A DNA stretch of 64,000 nucleotides from positions 39,878,464 to 39,942,463 of the forward strand of contig NC_043011.1 of assembly GCF_006345805.1 (NCBI RefSeq), read 5' to 3'. The notes beneath the pieces were generated by a model, which saw only the letters and a list, made by a program, of their open reading frames with translations, was not told the DNA's origin and did no database searches. Shown here one piece after another: positions 25,601-38,425 of this stretch; the first letter of the stretch is position 1, and each line of letters starts with the position of its first letter. The translations under genes and the position numbers were made by a program. This DNA comes from Octopus sinensis. Taxonomy: Eukaryota.

Positions 25601-27929
25601 CGCAGGCGCGCCTTCGCACACTCATGCATATATGTTTGCGAGTGTGTATTAGTATGTGACTAGTTCCATATCTTCAAATGTCAACTAACCCCTCCGAGTC
25701 CCTCGGCGGTGAAATATAAAGAAGAAAAAGAAAGATGGGGGTGGGAGAGACTACGGAAGAACAGTGATAGCACTGGAGTAGCATGGCTGTTAATGATGAT
25801 GATGCTGTGTGACTGACATCATAGACGTCTGGAGACAGAAGTAAAGAACTGAAATGCAATGCAACGGAATTGGATGCAGAAAACAGAAATACGGAAAAGG
25901 ATAAGGAGAGAAAAATTCTTTCAACTTAATTGTGCAAAAATGAAATTTCTGCAAAGCAAATATTTGACCCCTACTCACTAACCAACCTCCAATATATATA
26001 TATGTACATACATACATACATATATATATATGTAGCGATGTTTATGATTATTGCTTATTAATGATGATAATGACGATCGTGGTTATGATGGCGATGATTG
26101 TAATGATGACTAAGACGATTGTGACGATGACAACGATAATAATGACGACGATCATTATTACGACGCCGAAAACTACGACGATGATAATAATGATAATTAA
26201 TGATTATGATGATTTATAATCACGACGGTTATGATAATGATTATTACCAAGTCGTTGGTTATGACGACGATGATTAAGATGACAATAGTACTGAGAACGA
26301 TGGTTATGACAGCGATGACGTTGGTTATGACAATGATTTATGATGATTACAACGTTGATTATGACGTAGATGATTATTACGACGTTCGTTATGACGACAA
26401 TTAGGATTTCTTGTTCTGGCACCAGCCGAGAAAAATTTGTAAGAGAAATATTACGGATACATCGACATCCACCCGGCATAGCAACTACTGCTAGTCCAAG
26501 GCAAAATCAGGCGCTGGCAGGATTTGAAACAAGAAGTGAAGTGAAAATTATATACTGTTCAAATAATAGGGACTTTTTTTTTTTTTCTTTTGCCACAAGG
26601 ACAACGGAAGTGAGACACCACGGGACGAACAACACGAACCAGTGTGTAACGAAGTGTAGGATCGGAATCGAAAGAAAAAGTATGACTATGTTTTTGGCAG
26701 TTAAATGCAAAAATCTTCCTCGCATTACAATACATCAGCTATGAGCAACCTGCTGTCCGCCGGGATTTACGAATGGTACGCCCATCGAAAAATAAACATG
26801 ATTTTTTTTTTTTGTAAGTAATGCGGCCCGCCTGAGAATAATCCCGGTCTCGTGCTGCCCATTACACCCTTCCATCTGGAAAAATACAGGACATATTGAA
26901 TAAAGTAGTCTTATATTTGCAATGGACTGTCATGGCCGGAACGCCTTTTATCAAAGGCCTGTTGAATCGGAGGTGACTTGGGACACAGCAACAACAATTA
27001 AAGCAAGTGGAATTAGCCATAAGCGGTAGCTATAGTTTCCGCCCCACCCTCATGTAGAGGGTGGGTGTTTGTTTTAATCTAAGTATGCAGTAGAGGAGTG
27101 AGTAATAGCGCAATAAGAAATAAACTCAATGTCTATCTCAATGTGATATGAAATATAAATCGAAAGAGAAAAAAAGAAAGAAAGAAAGAAATCCATTGTA
27201 AATTAAATGGCACGAGGAAGTTAAAAAAAATGCGTCACTGTAATTTAGTTGGCGTTAGATGTCCCGTCGTTCCACGTTCAAATCTCGCAAGAATTCTGTA
27301 CTGATTAAAAAAAATTTTTATCCCGTCCCACACCTCAGGTCTCGAACTAACGAGAAGGGACCCCTCATATGTGAACGAGCGAGTTTCAATGAGGCCAATC
27401 AACATGCTAGAAAAAACAGCTAAAACCCCTACACTGAACGATGTAATCGCTTATAACACAGAAAGACAGGATGGACTGATGGTCATAGCTGGAACGCATT
27501 CGATTACGGCTGATCTGGAGGAGAATGGTAAACAACTACATCTATAAAGGACTAGCCACCAAGGGAGCCTCTACGTAGTCGTTCGACATACTAGAAATAG
27601 CAGGTAAATCTCCGTCAAATTACGCCGAACTGTCCTGATCAGAGGACAATTTTATCGAGACAGACCTGGGGTTAAACATTAACCTTAGCAACTCAAACCA
27701 ACAAGGAAGCTTCTGCGTAATGACCAGATTATATCTAAACTTCTTAAATAAAGGGCGCCTAGAATAAGTAACCTCCATGCAGACACTCAATCTGCTAGAT
27801 ACAACAACCAAATCTCTCACAAACCATATCCTATAGTCATACAGGTTGGAAGGGTACATCGGATAATTACTGCGCTAAAGGTATAAGGTGTTTAGAAAGT
27901 AAAACAAACAAAATGATGATAACAGTAAC

Positions 27930-28025
27930 AATATGGGATGGTCACGATTAGAACACCTTTGATCATAAGCCTGCTTAATCAGGGCTAACCTGTGGCTAAA
28001 CAAAACGACTACCAACAACCAAGAT
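27930..28025 (+). mobile_element. Dispersed retroposon 3' end with (AAC)n tail (example copy)
   Basis: GGATGGTCA.(G/A)..TGGAAC.CCTTTGATCATA.G.CTGCT...AACAACAAC-like motif recurs at about 110-180, 16590-16680, 26920-27000, 27470-27540, 29840-29920 and 30065-30105; parent element not identified. Confidence 0.6.
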
Positions 28026-30577
28026 CAATAAAACAATCAACTTTAGTGATAGGCTAGAAACGTTCGATCGCTCAATCGATCAAACCTACAAACACACACA
28101 CACATTATATATATATGTGTGTATGTATATATGTATGTATGTATATATATATATAATCATACACACACACACACACTTATACGGTTCATTAGCGTTAGCA
28201 AAATAAAATCATTAAAGTGATCCCAGATAAACTAAAGAACACCGTCTCTCCCTCCCTGTCATTCTTTCTTTCTTTCTCTGAATAATGACTCGTGGCAAGA
28301 TGAAGCTGGGAACAAGTTTTCGCAAGATAAGTTTTCGCATAAAATCCTGAACTTTCTAGAGAATTCTGCGCTAATTCCCTCCACCCTCTCCCACCTCCGT
28401 CTATGTCTGGCAATCCACTCTCCCTATCCATCCATCTCTCTCTCTCTCTCTCCATCCCTCTTAATCTCTTATTTGTCATTCTCCTCTCCCTTTAACAGTT
28501 ATTAATCATATTTCTTGTTCGCAATAAATGCTTAGTTTCCATTTTATTTCTATGCTTGTTTTGTTTCGTTTACTTCGTATTTTTAGACTGACTGGTCGCA
28601 AATGGTAAATTCTGGAATGTGCGGATGTACGAAGATTCGAGCTCAACGCACTGTTTCAACTCCTCACTTCATCAACGATGCTACAGGTCTTAAACAGATA
28701 TATACACGAGTATATGCATATATATATATATATGTATGTGTGTGTATACACGCATTCATATATGTGCATATATGCATATATTTATGTACGTAAATGTACA
28801 CAAATGCATATATTTATGCACGTAAATGTGTGTGTATATATATATATATTATATGCATCTGCATGTCTAATATTTGTATGTGTACAAATATATATATATA
28901 ATTATTAATATAGTGTAATAAATAAAATACATGCATATATACAAACATATATGTACGTACCGACATCTACATGTATATATACATGCATATATAAATATAT
29001 ATACGTAATATAAATATATATATATGTATGTGTGTATGTGTGTGTGTGTGTATACACAGACAGACAAACAGATAGATTGATAGATATTGTAAAAGCATGA
29101 GACATAAGTTGTCTAGAGAAAGGAGAGAGAATTGAACGAGAGGCCTTCATACCTCTATCTGAAGCAGTGGATATAAACAAACGAAGAGTTTAGTCACAAC
29201 ATACATCGTTAGCAACACTATTATATTAACAGCCACAGCTACAAGCATAACAAGCTAAAACACCAAAAACCAGTACAAACATGCTACGCTAGGTAGAAAC
29301 AGCAGCCGGTTCTCCCTCCCGTCACTCACTCTGCTTTCTTAAGGAAGGGGGAAAAAAAGATGAAGTGAAAAAGATAGGCTGGAATGTCTGATAATAATGT
29401 GCACACATCTGCTCGATTAGGGACTAAAGTGGGACTGAACTGATAATTTCTGATTTAGGTACAAGGCTAGCAGTTTTCAGGGGTGCTGGTTAGTCGTTAC
29501 CATCAACCCTAGCACATGACTCGAACCCGAAGGGATGAAAGGTAAAGTTGAACACAACGGCATTTGATTTCGATAGGTAAAATGCCCGAATTATGACAAC
29601 ACAACTTACAACCACTACAACTGAAATTGTCCACAATAATCACAACTACCACTCCAACGACAACAACAACCACTGTAGCAACCAATTTCACTACTCAAAT
29701 TATTGCGAACGAATGAAAGGAGCTTCTATCCAGTTAATTGATCTGTCCGAAACAAGATAAATCTCTCTCCAGTTACATCGTTTCGACTTGACAAAGAGGG
29801 GAAAAAAGAAACATTGGATAGTTTAGTCCCTTCATACCTCTAAAAGATTGTCATGGTTGGAAGCATTTGATCAGAGATCCGCTCAGGCAAGCATGACCAG
29901 AAGTTAAACGACCACTACAACAGACCGAACGAAGTTTCAACGGGATCGTCCTCTGCAAGAAATAGCAGCTAAATCTCCTTAAAAAAAAAACACACTGCCG
30001 TCCTAAACAACGAAAAATGTAATAACGTATAGTCCCTGGAAAAGACTGTCTGAAAATAAGGCGGGAAGATCATGGCTGGAACGTCGTTGATCATAGATCT
30101 GCTCAGTCGCTGGAGGAAAGGGGGGGGGCTGACATGGAGCTATAAACAACAGCAGCAGCAGCATTCATAACAACAGCCTTAATGACAATCCAATATCTGA
30201 TATCGAAGCTACAGTTCAATCGCTTTTCCAGCAGAAAACGACAGAGGAAAATTACTGTTACTGTTTGTTTTTGTTTTTTTAACCACACTCACACCAGATT
30301 TTACACACAGGAATTTGAACAGTAACACATACAATTTTATACACATACATGTACACACTTTCATGCACTCGCACATTTACGCCAAGACGATCATATATTT
30401 ACACAAACATGTTGGCTTCATTCCATGCAGGGTCGTTAAACATTTCGCCTAATTTATAAATGATGATTAAATACTTACATAACTTGATAGTCGGGGAACA
30501 AGATTTGGTTCAAGATTGTAAGTGTGTATGGGTGCGAAAATGTGACATATATAGAGACATACAAAGGCAAACTACAT

Positions 30578-30627
<50 letters not shown>

Positions 30628-30778
30628 CACGGAGTAGACCTTTGTCAATATATTATTATATTATTACATAAATATTCTGATAGCGATATACAGGCTAGTG
30701 AGAGGTTGAATGGAAATCGATATGCGATTATATACATTACAAACTATATAATATATATACACACACATATTGATTGTT

Positions 30779-30809
<31 letters not shown>

Positions 30810-30884
30810 TATATACACGCACATCTTGATTGTTTGTAATACAAATACACATTTTCAAAATCGTCACTACATATATAGACAGTT

Positions 30885-30934
<50 letters not shown>

Positions 30935-31239
30935 CCTTTATATTGTACAGTACTATTAAGAAATAAACACATACATACATACATATAAAATATCAATAAA
31001 TATTCTGATCTGATAGCGACATATAGGCTGAGAAGAGGTTAAAAACAGATCGATATGAGGATGGATGGATGGCTATGAGAAGTTAGTGCTCATAACATCA
31101 TCGACATATATAATAGTAAATACACATACACACAAACACAAACTATACTAAGTCTGACAGTGCGATATAGATCGAAGGGGGGACGATTTTTATACAAAAA
31201 GTAAACAATAAATAACGATCGAGAGGCAAATATAGATAG

Positions 31240-31303
31240 ATAGATAGAGAGAGAGAGATATAGATAGATAGATAGATAGATAGACACATAGATAGATAGA
31301 CAC

Positions 31304-31336
<33 letters not shown>

Positions 31337-31377
31337 CACATAGATAGATAGACACATAGACAGACAGACAGACAGAC

Positions 31378-31433
<56 letters not shown>

Positions 31434-31526
31434 GATAGATAGATAGATAGATAGATAGACAGATAGAAAGATAGACAGATAGATAGACAGACACATAGAT
31501 AGATAGACAGATAGATAGACAGACAC

Positions 31527-31559
<33 letters not shown>

Positions 31560-31608
31560 CACATAGATAGATAGACAGACAGACAGACACATAGATAGAT
31601 AGACAGAC

Positions 31609-31675
<67 letters not shown>

Positions 31676-31725
31676 AGGCTGAGGAACAAGAATGACAAAT
31701 ATAGATATATATATATATAGATAGA
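31240..31725. repeat. (GATA)n/(GACA)n microsatellite at the start of intron 1
   Basis: Direct reading; produces the SIYL-repeat tail of the 352-aa ORF. Confidence 0.95.
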
Positions 31726-31838
31726 TAGATATATACACATATTGGGTGTGTGTTTATGTGTTTGAATTACGTTATGTATAGAATATATTGTAGTGAAAAC
31801 CTCTCGTCCAGCAGACGAACGATTCTTGTAGTACTCAC

Positions 31839-32130
31839 CGTATATCATAGAAAGTCCAGTTTCATGCACGAATCGAAAACGTCTATGCTTAAACAACCAA
31901 ATAGTCAAAATTGTGAGTAAAAGTAATGTAAGAAGCATGAGAATGGTAAGACTGTCCGTTTTGTGTCGGAAGGTAACATAAGCCTCTTCTTGGGCTTCTA
32001 TAGATGGTGATTCATTTGGTACATTGGCCATGCTGCAAGGAATAACGGCCAGCAGAAACCACCAGAAAACGACGTGCAACACTAAATGCCAAGAACAACG
32101 CAGCAGAATTATGTTAGAGAGTGTCGCCAT
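31839..32130 (-). CDS. SLC9A6/7/9: First coding exon of an endosomal/organellar Na+/H+ exchanger (NHE6/7/9 subfamily)
   Basis: ATG at 32130 in AACATGG context (the track's start at 32148 is GTG). Signal-peptide-like N-terminus, then [43 protein letters not shown], matching the family motif H..DS..LL....[26 protein letters not shown]. Ends TAC G|GTGAGT, a phase-1 donor where I recall vertebrate SLC9A6/7 exon 1 ending. Confidence 0.95.
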
Positions 32131-32149
32131 GTTGAAGTAATGAAACACC

Positions 32150-33090
32150 CCCTTTGAATGAGAGTAAGAGTATGAGTGAAGGGATGGTAAGAGGGAGGGA
32201 GTGGTATAGAGAAAGAGTTAATGATAGGGGGAAACGGGAGAGAGGGGTATAGAGATGTAAGACAGAGTAATATAAAGCGAGAGTGAGAGGTATAAAGCTG
32301 CTATAGGGAGTGGTATAAATCGAGAGTGAGAGGTATAAAGTTGTAATAGGGAGTGGTATAGAGAAAGTGATAGAGGGGAAATAGTGAGAGTGAGAGGTGT
32401 ACAGCTGTATGAGGGAGTGGTATGGAAAGAGTGATAGAGGGAAACAGAGAAAATGAGAAACATAGAGCTACAGATAAACTGATTATGTGAGAGAGAGAGA
32501 GTGGTGAGAGGTATAGAGACACAAGGGGAGTTAGTAAGAGAGTGAAAAGGTATAGAGATGAAGTGAGATTTTAATGAGACAGAGAGAGAGAGGTACAAAG
32601 ATGCGGAGAGGCTTAGTAAAGGAGAAAGAGAGGATTAATAGAGGAGAGATGGTCGTATATAAAAAGAAAGAGAGATAAGGAGATAGCGAACAAGAAATAA
32701 AGAGGGTGGTGATAGCAAAGAAAATATAGAGGGGAAAAGGAGAAATAAGATCGTATGTAAGTATTAGGAGGTGGATAAAGAGAGATAGAGGGGAGGAAGA
32801 AAGAAAAGGAAAGGGACAGACGGAGAAGGAGGAAGAAAAAGAAGATTGCAGTTAGAAAGGGTTGATAAAAATGTAAGAGAACGAGGATGGTGAGAGTAAG
32901 AAAACTAGGAGGGAGAATGAAAGAGTGTATGTGTGTGCTTACGGAGAAGAAATAAAGAAAGAGACGTTAGAAGAATTGGGTGGAGAAGAAAGAGAGAGAG
33001 AAACTGAGACGAAAGAAAACTGAATGGAAAAGTTACAAACGAGGATGAAAAGAGAGAAAGAAATATAAAATAAAGTGAGAGAAATAAATT
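32150..33090 (-). promoter_or_regulatory. Pyrimidine-rich (sense strand) 5' UTR/promoter region with degenerate tandem repeats
   Basis: About 940 bp strongly G/A-biased on + strand immediately upstream of the ATG; TSS cannot be determined from sequence. Confidence 0.45.
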
Positions 33091-33094
33091 GACA

Positions 33095-33480
33095 ACCACA
33101 TGGTTTCGGGTTCAAGTCCCATGCGCGGCATCGCGGTCAAGTGTTTGCTACGATAGCTTCGGGCCGACCAAAAAGCCTCACGGGCGGATTTGGTGGACGG
33201 AAACTGAAAGAAACCCGTCGTATACATTTATATATACATATATGTATATATATCTATGTGTGTGTGTGTGTTTATGTTTGTGTTTGTTCCCCCATCACCG
33301 CCTAGCAACCGGTGCTGGCTTGTTTACGTTCCCTGTAACTTAGCAGTTCGGGGAAAAGAAACCGATATAATAAGTACCAGGCTTTAAAAAAAGACATAAG
33401 CACTAGGATTGATCAAGACGGTGCTCCAGCATGGCCACGGTCCAATCCAGTGAAACAAGTAAAAAAAAATAAACGAGAAA
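33095..33480 (+). mobile_element. Family-2 SINE, CpG-retaining
   Basis: ACCACATGGTTTCGGGTTCAAGTCCC...CTTCGGGCCGACCAAAAGCC...CGGTGCTCCAGCATGGCC. Confidence 0.8.
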
Positions 33481-33566
33481 CAGATCATTGGAGAGAGAGA
33501 GAGAGCGGGAGAATTAGTCATATTACACGCCTGTGAGGAGCACTGCAGTGTTTGTCCTTCTCTCTC

Positions 33567-33642
<76 letters not shown>

Positions 33643-34921
33643 CTTTCCAATGAGTTATGCTTCCGGTTCGTCTGCTTGTATTGTAGTAAGATTCACTACG
33701 TTTTTTTTTACCTTTCTGAGTTCATTTCCCATCGCGGTCAACTTTGTCTTTTGCCCCACCGCAATCTATAAAACAAACTACCAGTCATGTACAAGGATCT
33801 GTGGCTTCGACTAGCCCTTCCCCTCAAAATTGCTGGCCTTGTACCAAATCAGAAATCATTAATAATTTACTGGGGTGTTGTTGACTATATCGATCACAGT
33901 TCTATTACATGTAATATATACATATTGTATATATCATATACATATAGTCCGCGTGCGCACACACACACACACCACACACACACACAGGTACTTTTAACTT
34001 ATCGATCTGTGGAAAATGATATACAGCATCGACCTGAAATATTGTTTCCACTTAGTTACGTTAATTATGTTTTTTATTTTATTATTATTATTTATTTATT
34101 TGTTTATTTATTCTTTTTACGACCACTGCTACAGAACAGGTACAATTGACTTATCTAAATCGGCAATGCTTGCGCAAGATGCAGCTCCGTGCAACTTTTT
34201 GGGATGACACACGTAATACCTTGATTATATTACCAGAATTTTTTAATAGAATTCCGTAATATATTCTTTAGCTCCAATTCTGTTAATGTGAACAATCTGA
34301 TTTATTTCTCCCGATCTTTTCTCCTTTTCTCTTTCTCTCTCTCATTCTCTCTAACAATCAGTTTCTCTCTTTATCTATCTATCTATCTATCTCTATGTAT
34401 CGATCTGTCTGTCTGTCTATCTATCTATCTATCATACTTCCTCTCGGTTGAATTTTTTATGATGTACTTAGAGTAATAAATATATTTTGTGCATTCTGTA
34501 TTGCACACGATGCTTCTTTTAAGCTGGATGGTCCGATTTATGATGAGCAAAACCTCATAAACCCAAGTTCTAGAAAACAGCAGTCGGTGATTCCTATAGA
34601 ACGATGAATGATGAACCTACATATGACAAACTGGATTCTTGGATGACCTGCGATGGATTTTGTGAAAAAGAAATCTCCTCTGCAATATCATATTATGAAA
34701 AACTAATCTAAAAACGTATAATTAAAACTAAAATTCGTGTATTTGATACTCTAATATGATTTTAAAAAGAAATGAAACTTTCGACACGCCGAACAAAAAA
34801 TGGTTCGACATGACTACTTTAACGATAGTTTCATTGGTTTATTTATTGAAAAAAAATGAATATAATTTACAGTTAGTGTATCATTGTATTAACGAGGTTA
34901 TCGGCTGTTGTTATATGCAGC

Positions 34922-35315
34922 TGGTGACCATGCTCTTCCAATTCTTTCTTGGTCCTTCTTTTCCAGTTTGGTGACCATGCTCTTCCTTTTCTTTCTTGGC
35001 TCTTCTTTTCCAGTTTGGTGACCATGCTCTTCCGGTTCTTTCTTGACCCTTCTTTTCCAGTTTCGCCCAAATTGTTTGGCTAAACAGTCTTCACATATTC
35101 GTAAGGGTCTTCCGAGTAGCCTTTTCCAACTTCTTGGATACCACTAGGCAACTACACGTCTCCATCTGTTGCCTGTGAACTTTGTGACGTACCCGGCCCA
35201 GCGGAACTTGTACTTTCGGTATGCTGCGGTCACGTCCTTTTACTCCGTTTCGTTCTCCAACCATCCCATTTCGGATAAGCTCTCGTAATGTTATTCCTAG
35301 CAAAATGCAATTTAC
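34922..35315 (-). mobile_element. RTE LINE C-terminal fragment ending in three 47-bp tandem copies
   Basis: LLGITLRELIRN..., YRKYKFRWAGYV..FTGNRWRRVVA*WYPRSWKRLLGRP (RWAGHV / W.PR..KR..GRP motif); repeat units start at 34922, 34969 and 35016. Confidence 0.75.
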
Positions 35316-35325
35316 TGTACTCCAC

Positions 35326-35672
35326 CCATCTAACACCCGTGGACATATTTACAAAGTAAGAAAATAGCACAGCTCCCATGACTTCAGGAAACATTTTTTC
35401 ACGCTGAGAGTTGCTGAAGCATGGAACAAACTGCCGGCATCAGTTGTTAGTTGTCGGAGCACTGCATCCTTCAAAACTTCCATGCTTCCTGAGATTCGCC
35501 AACACTACACTTGATTTTCTCCCCTCCATACACACACAAGCATGTATCTGACTCATACATTGTTCGCTTTCCAGACATTTCTACATTACTGCATGTACTT
35601 TATATGCACTTTCTGACAAGTTGTGGTGCACCTGAGCACTGTATACAATAATTTTATTATATTATATTATTA
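35326..35672 (+). mobile_element. CR1/L2-type LINE 3' end
   Basis: SNTRGHIYKVRK*HSSHDFRKHFFTLRVAEAWNKLPASVVSCRSTASFK matches the CR1 ORF2 C-terminus; followed by a UTR and an (ATT)-rich tail. Confidence 0.85.
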
Positions 35673-36323
35673 TAAACAGCAAAAATTAAAATGTTATGGA
35701 CTAAGGAGAAGTCAACACAGAGAAATCGGTCTTCTGTGACCCAGTTTTCTTTACTGGTAAAATTGTTTCGCTTCGTTTACGTCACTAATATTCTTCGTGG
35801 CAACTTTACAACGTAACATTCATTTCCCATTCTTTCAATTCTTTGTTGATAGGGGATATCGACTGGATATGATGTAACCTCAGATCTGCTCTGGAGCCCA
35901 TCGCTAAATGGATGCACTGCCCCTTAACTATTCAATGGTACACCCTTAGATTTACAGTGATACACTTATTTTGAAATTCCACTTCAGCGTTGTTACAAAG
36001 CAGTGCTCACTCGGAATATTCTGAAGTACCCCCCAAGCACCAAAGTCTAGCGACGGGCCTGCTCCTCTGGTCGCATATACCTGTGATACAAAGGCTTCGA
36101 GTCAATCGACCCTGTCCTCTCTTAAAAACTAGCTGGTGGTGTCTTGTGCATAAACAAAAAAATCATTGGTGACTGACATTAAGGAAACAAATTTGTAAGC
36201 TACATTGAGGCGATTTCGATTCCGGGCACGGGCTGTGTTATCTTTTATCTTTCACGTGTATCAGGCATTAGACTACGGCCATTCTGGGGCACCATGAAGA
36301 ATTTTAGTCAATGAATCAACCCC

Positions 36324-36424
<101 letters not shown>

Positions 36425-36453
36425 ATATTTCCGTACTATATATATATATATAT

Positions 36454-36697
36454 AGTACGAAAGTAGTGTCGGTGATAGCGTGACTGCGTACAAACAATGT
36501 ATAATGACAAATACGTACTCACTAAAGTAAGCAGGTACTTGCTCTTCCAGTTATGCATACATTCACAAGTGGCTGAATAGAATATTTGACGAGTCATCAA
36601 AGTCACACAAGGATATACTATCCGCACCGCCGTCAAGAGACACCAGATACAAACGTGAAGAATAAATAGCATTTCTTGTTATTGTGTGTGTGTGTGT

Positions 36698-36741
<44 letters not shown>

Positions 36742-37262
36742 TGCGTTTGTGTCTATCCCCCACCACTGCCTGACAGCCGTTGTTGGTTTGTTTGCGTCCC
36801 TGTAACTTAGTGGCTTAGCAAAGGAGAACGTTAGAGTAAGTACCAAGTTTTATATATATATATACCTACATACATACATACATACATACATACATACATA
36901 CATGCATACATACATACATACTTACATACATATATAATATATATCACCGTGATCGACCAGGCTATAAGATGTTGCTACACATCACTGGTCACAATGCGCT
37001 TCGCATTGTTTTAGCCTTCAAATGCTATTTATTCTTCACCTAACTCTCAGAACCTTCAATTCGTTTGTATCTGGTGTCTCTTGACGGCGGTGAGTATATC
37101 CTTGTGTGACTTTGATGACTCGTCAAATATTCTATTCAGTCAACCACCTGTGAATGTATGCATAACTGGAAGAGCAAGTACCTGCTTACTTTAGTGAGTA
37201 CGCATTTGTCATTATACATTGTTTGTACGCAGTCACACTATCACCGACACTACTTTCGTACT
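36454..37262. repeat. Pair of ~220-240 bp inverted arms (36454-36674 and 37020-37262)
   Basis: Both arms give the same pseudo-peptide MHNWKSKYLLTLVST on opposite strands; a deleted third copy lies at about 48510-48615. Confidence 0.9.
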
Positions 37263-37376
37263 CTCTCAATATATCTGCTTCTCGCGATCTCTGGAAAGTT
37301 TCATAGACCCCCCCCACACACACACACACACGCACACTTACTCACATGCACGCATGCATGCATACACGCACATATA

Positions 37377-37610
37377 AGGCGGCGAGCTGGCAGAAACGTT
37401 AGCACGCCGGGCGAAATGCGTAGCCGTATTTCGTCTGCCGTTACGTTCTGGGTTCAAATTCCGCCGAGGTCGACTTAGCCTTTCATCCTTTCGGAGTCGA
37501 TAAATTAAGTACCAGTTATGCACTGGGGCCGATGTAATCGACTTAATCCGTTTGTCTGTCCTTGTGTGTCCCTTCTATGTTTAGCCCCTTGTGGGTAATA
37601 AGGAAATAAA
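37377..37610 (+). mobile_element. Family-1 SINE, all CpGs retained
   Basis: GGCGGCGAGCTGGCAGAAACGTTAGCACGCCGGGCGAAATGCGTAGCCG... Confidence 0.9.
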
Positions 37611-37614
37611 TATA

Positions 37615-37745
37615 TGTATATATATCATTGTTCAGTTTTATTTCAAGATTTCTTGCCAATAGGGAAAGAGTCAGTTTCTAACCTATTCGAGATCCAAGGC
37701 TCCTTCATTGCAATTTCAACATCAAACAACATCTGCCTGCATCTC
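37615..37745 (-). mobile_element. 3' UTR fragment of the REL-type (R4/NeSL-like) LINE family
   Basis: TTGCCAAT.G.(G/A)AAAGAGTCAGTTTCT...CAAGGCTCCTTCATT shared with 63640-63700, which lies downstream of REL coding sequence. Confidence 0.6.
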
Positions 37746-37747
37746 TT

Positions 37748-38095
37748 TTACTCTTTTACTTGTTTCAGTTATTTGACTGCTGCCATGCTGGAGCACCGCC
37801 TTTTATCGAGCAACTCGACCCCGGGATTTATTCTTTTGTAAGCTTATTCTATCGGTCTCTTTTTGCCGAACCGCTAAGTAACGGGGACATAAACACACCA
37901 GCATCGGTTGTCAAGCAATGCTAGGAGGACAAACACAGACACACAAACACACACACGCATATATATATATACATATATACGACGGGCTTCTTTCAGTTTT
38001 CGTCTACCAAATCCACTCACAAGGCTTTGGTCGGCCCGAGGCTATAGTAGAAGACACTTGCCCAAGGTGCCACAGAGTGGGACTGAACTCGGAAC
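37748..38095 (-). mobile_element. Family-2 SINE, 5' head truncated
   Basis: Reverse-complement match to 2325-2763. Confidence 0.85.
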
Positions 38096-38099
38096 CATC

Positions 38100-38425
38100 G
38101 CGGTTTCGATTCCCAGACCGGGCGTTGTGAGTGTTTACTGAGCGAAAACACCTAAAAGCTCCACGAGGCTCCGGCAGGGATGCTGGTGATCCCTGCTGTA
38201 CTCTTTCACCACAACTTTCTCTCACTCTTACTTCCTGTTTCTGTTGTACCTGTATTTCAAAAGGGCCGGCCTTGTCACTCTCTGTGTCACGCTGAATATC
38301 CCCGAGAACTACGTTAAGGGTACACGTGTCTGTGGAGTGCTCAGCCACTTACACGTTAATTTCACGAGCAGGCTGTTCCGTTGATCTGATCAACCGGAAC
38401 CCTCGTCATCGTAACCGACAGAGTG
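38100..38425 (+). mobile_element. SINE with a distinct 5' module and the family-3 3' module
   Basis: GGTTTCGATTCCCAGACCGGGCG B-box-like start, unique middle (reverse fragment at about 49130-49260), then TGTACCTGTATTTCAA...GTAACCGAC shared with family 3. Confidence 0.7.

Noticed and set aside
26060-26400. Asp/Asn-rich reading resembling an acidic matrix protein
   Set aside because: Degenerate GAT/GAC triplet repeat with in-frame stops and no splice or start context
28590-28690. Plus-strand acceptor followed by a short open frame
   Set aside because: Weak donors, no recognisable protein, antisense to the host intron
31090-31838. C-terminal part of the 352-aa ORF
   Set aside because: Read-through past the splice donor into intronic GATA repeats
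34480-34700. Possible transposase-like peptide (HDASFKLDG...)
   Set aside because: Similarity too short and weak to call
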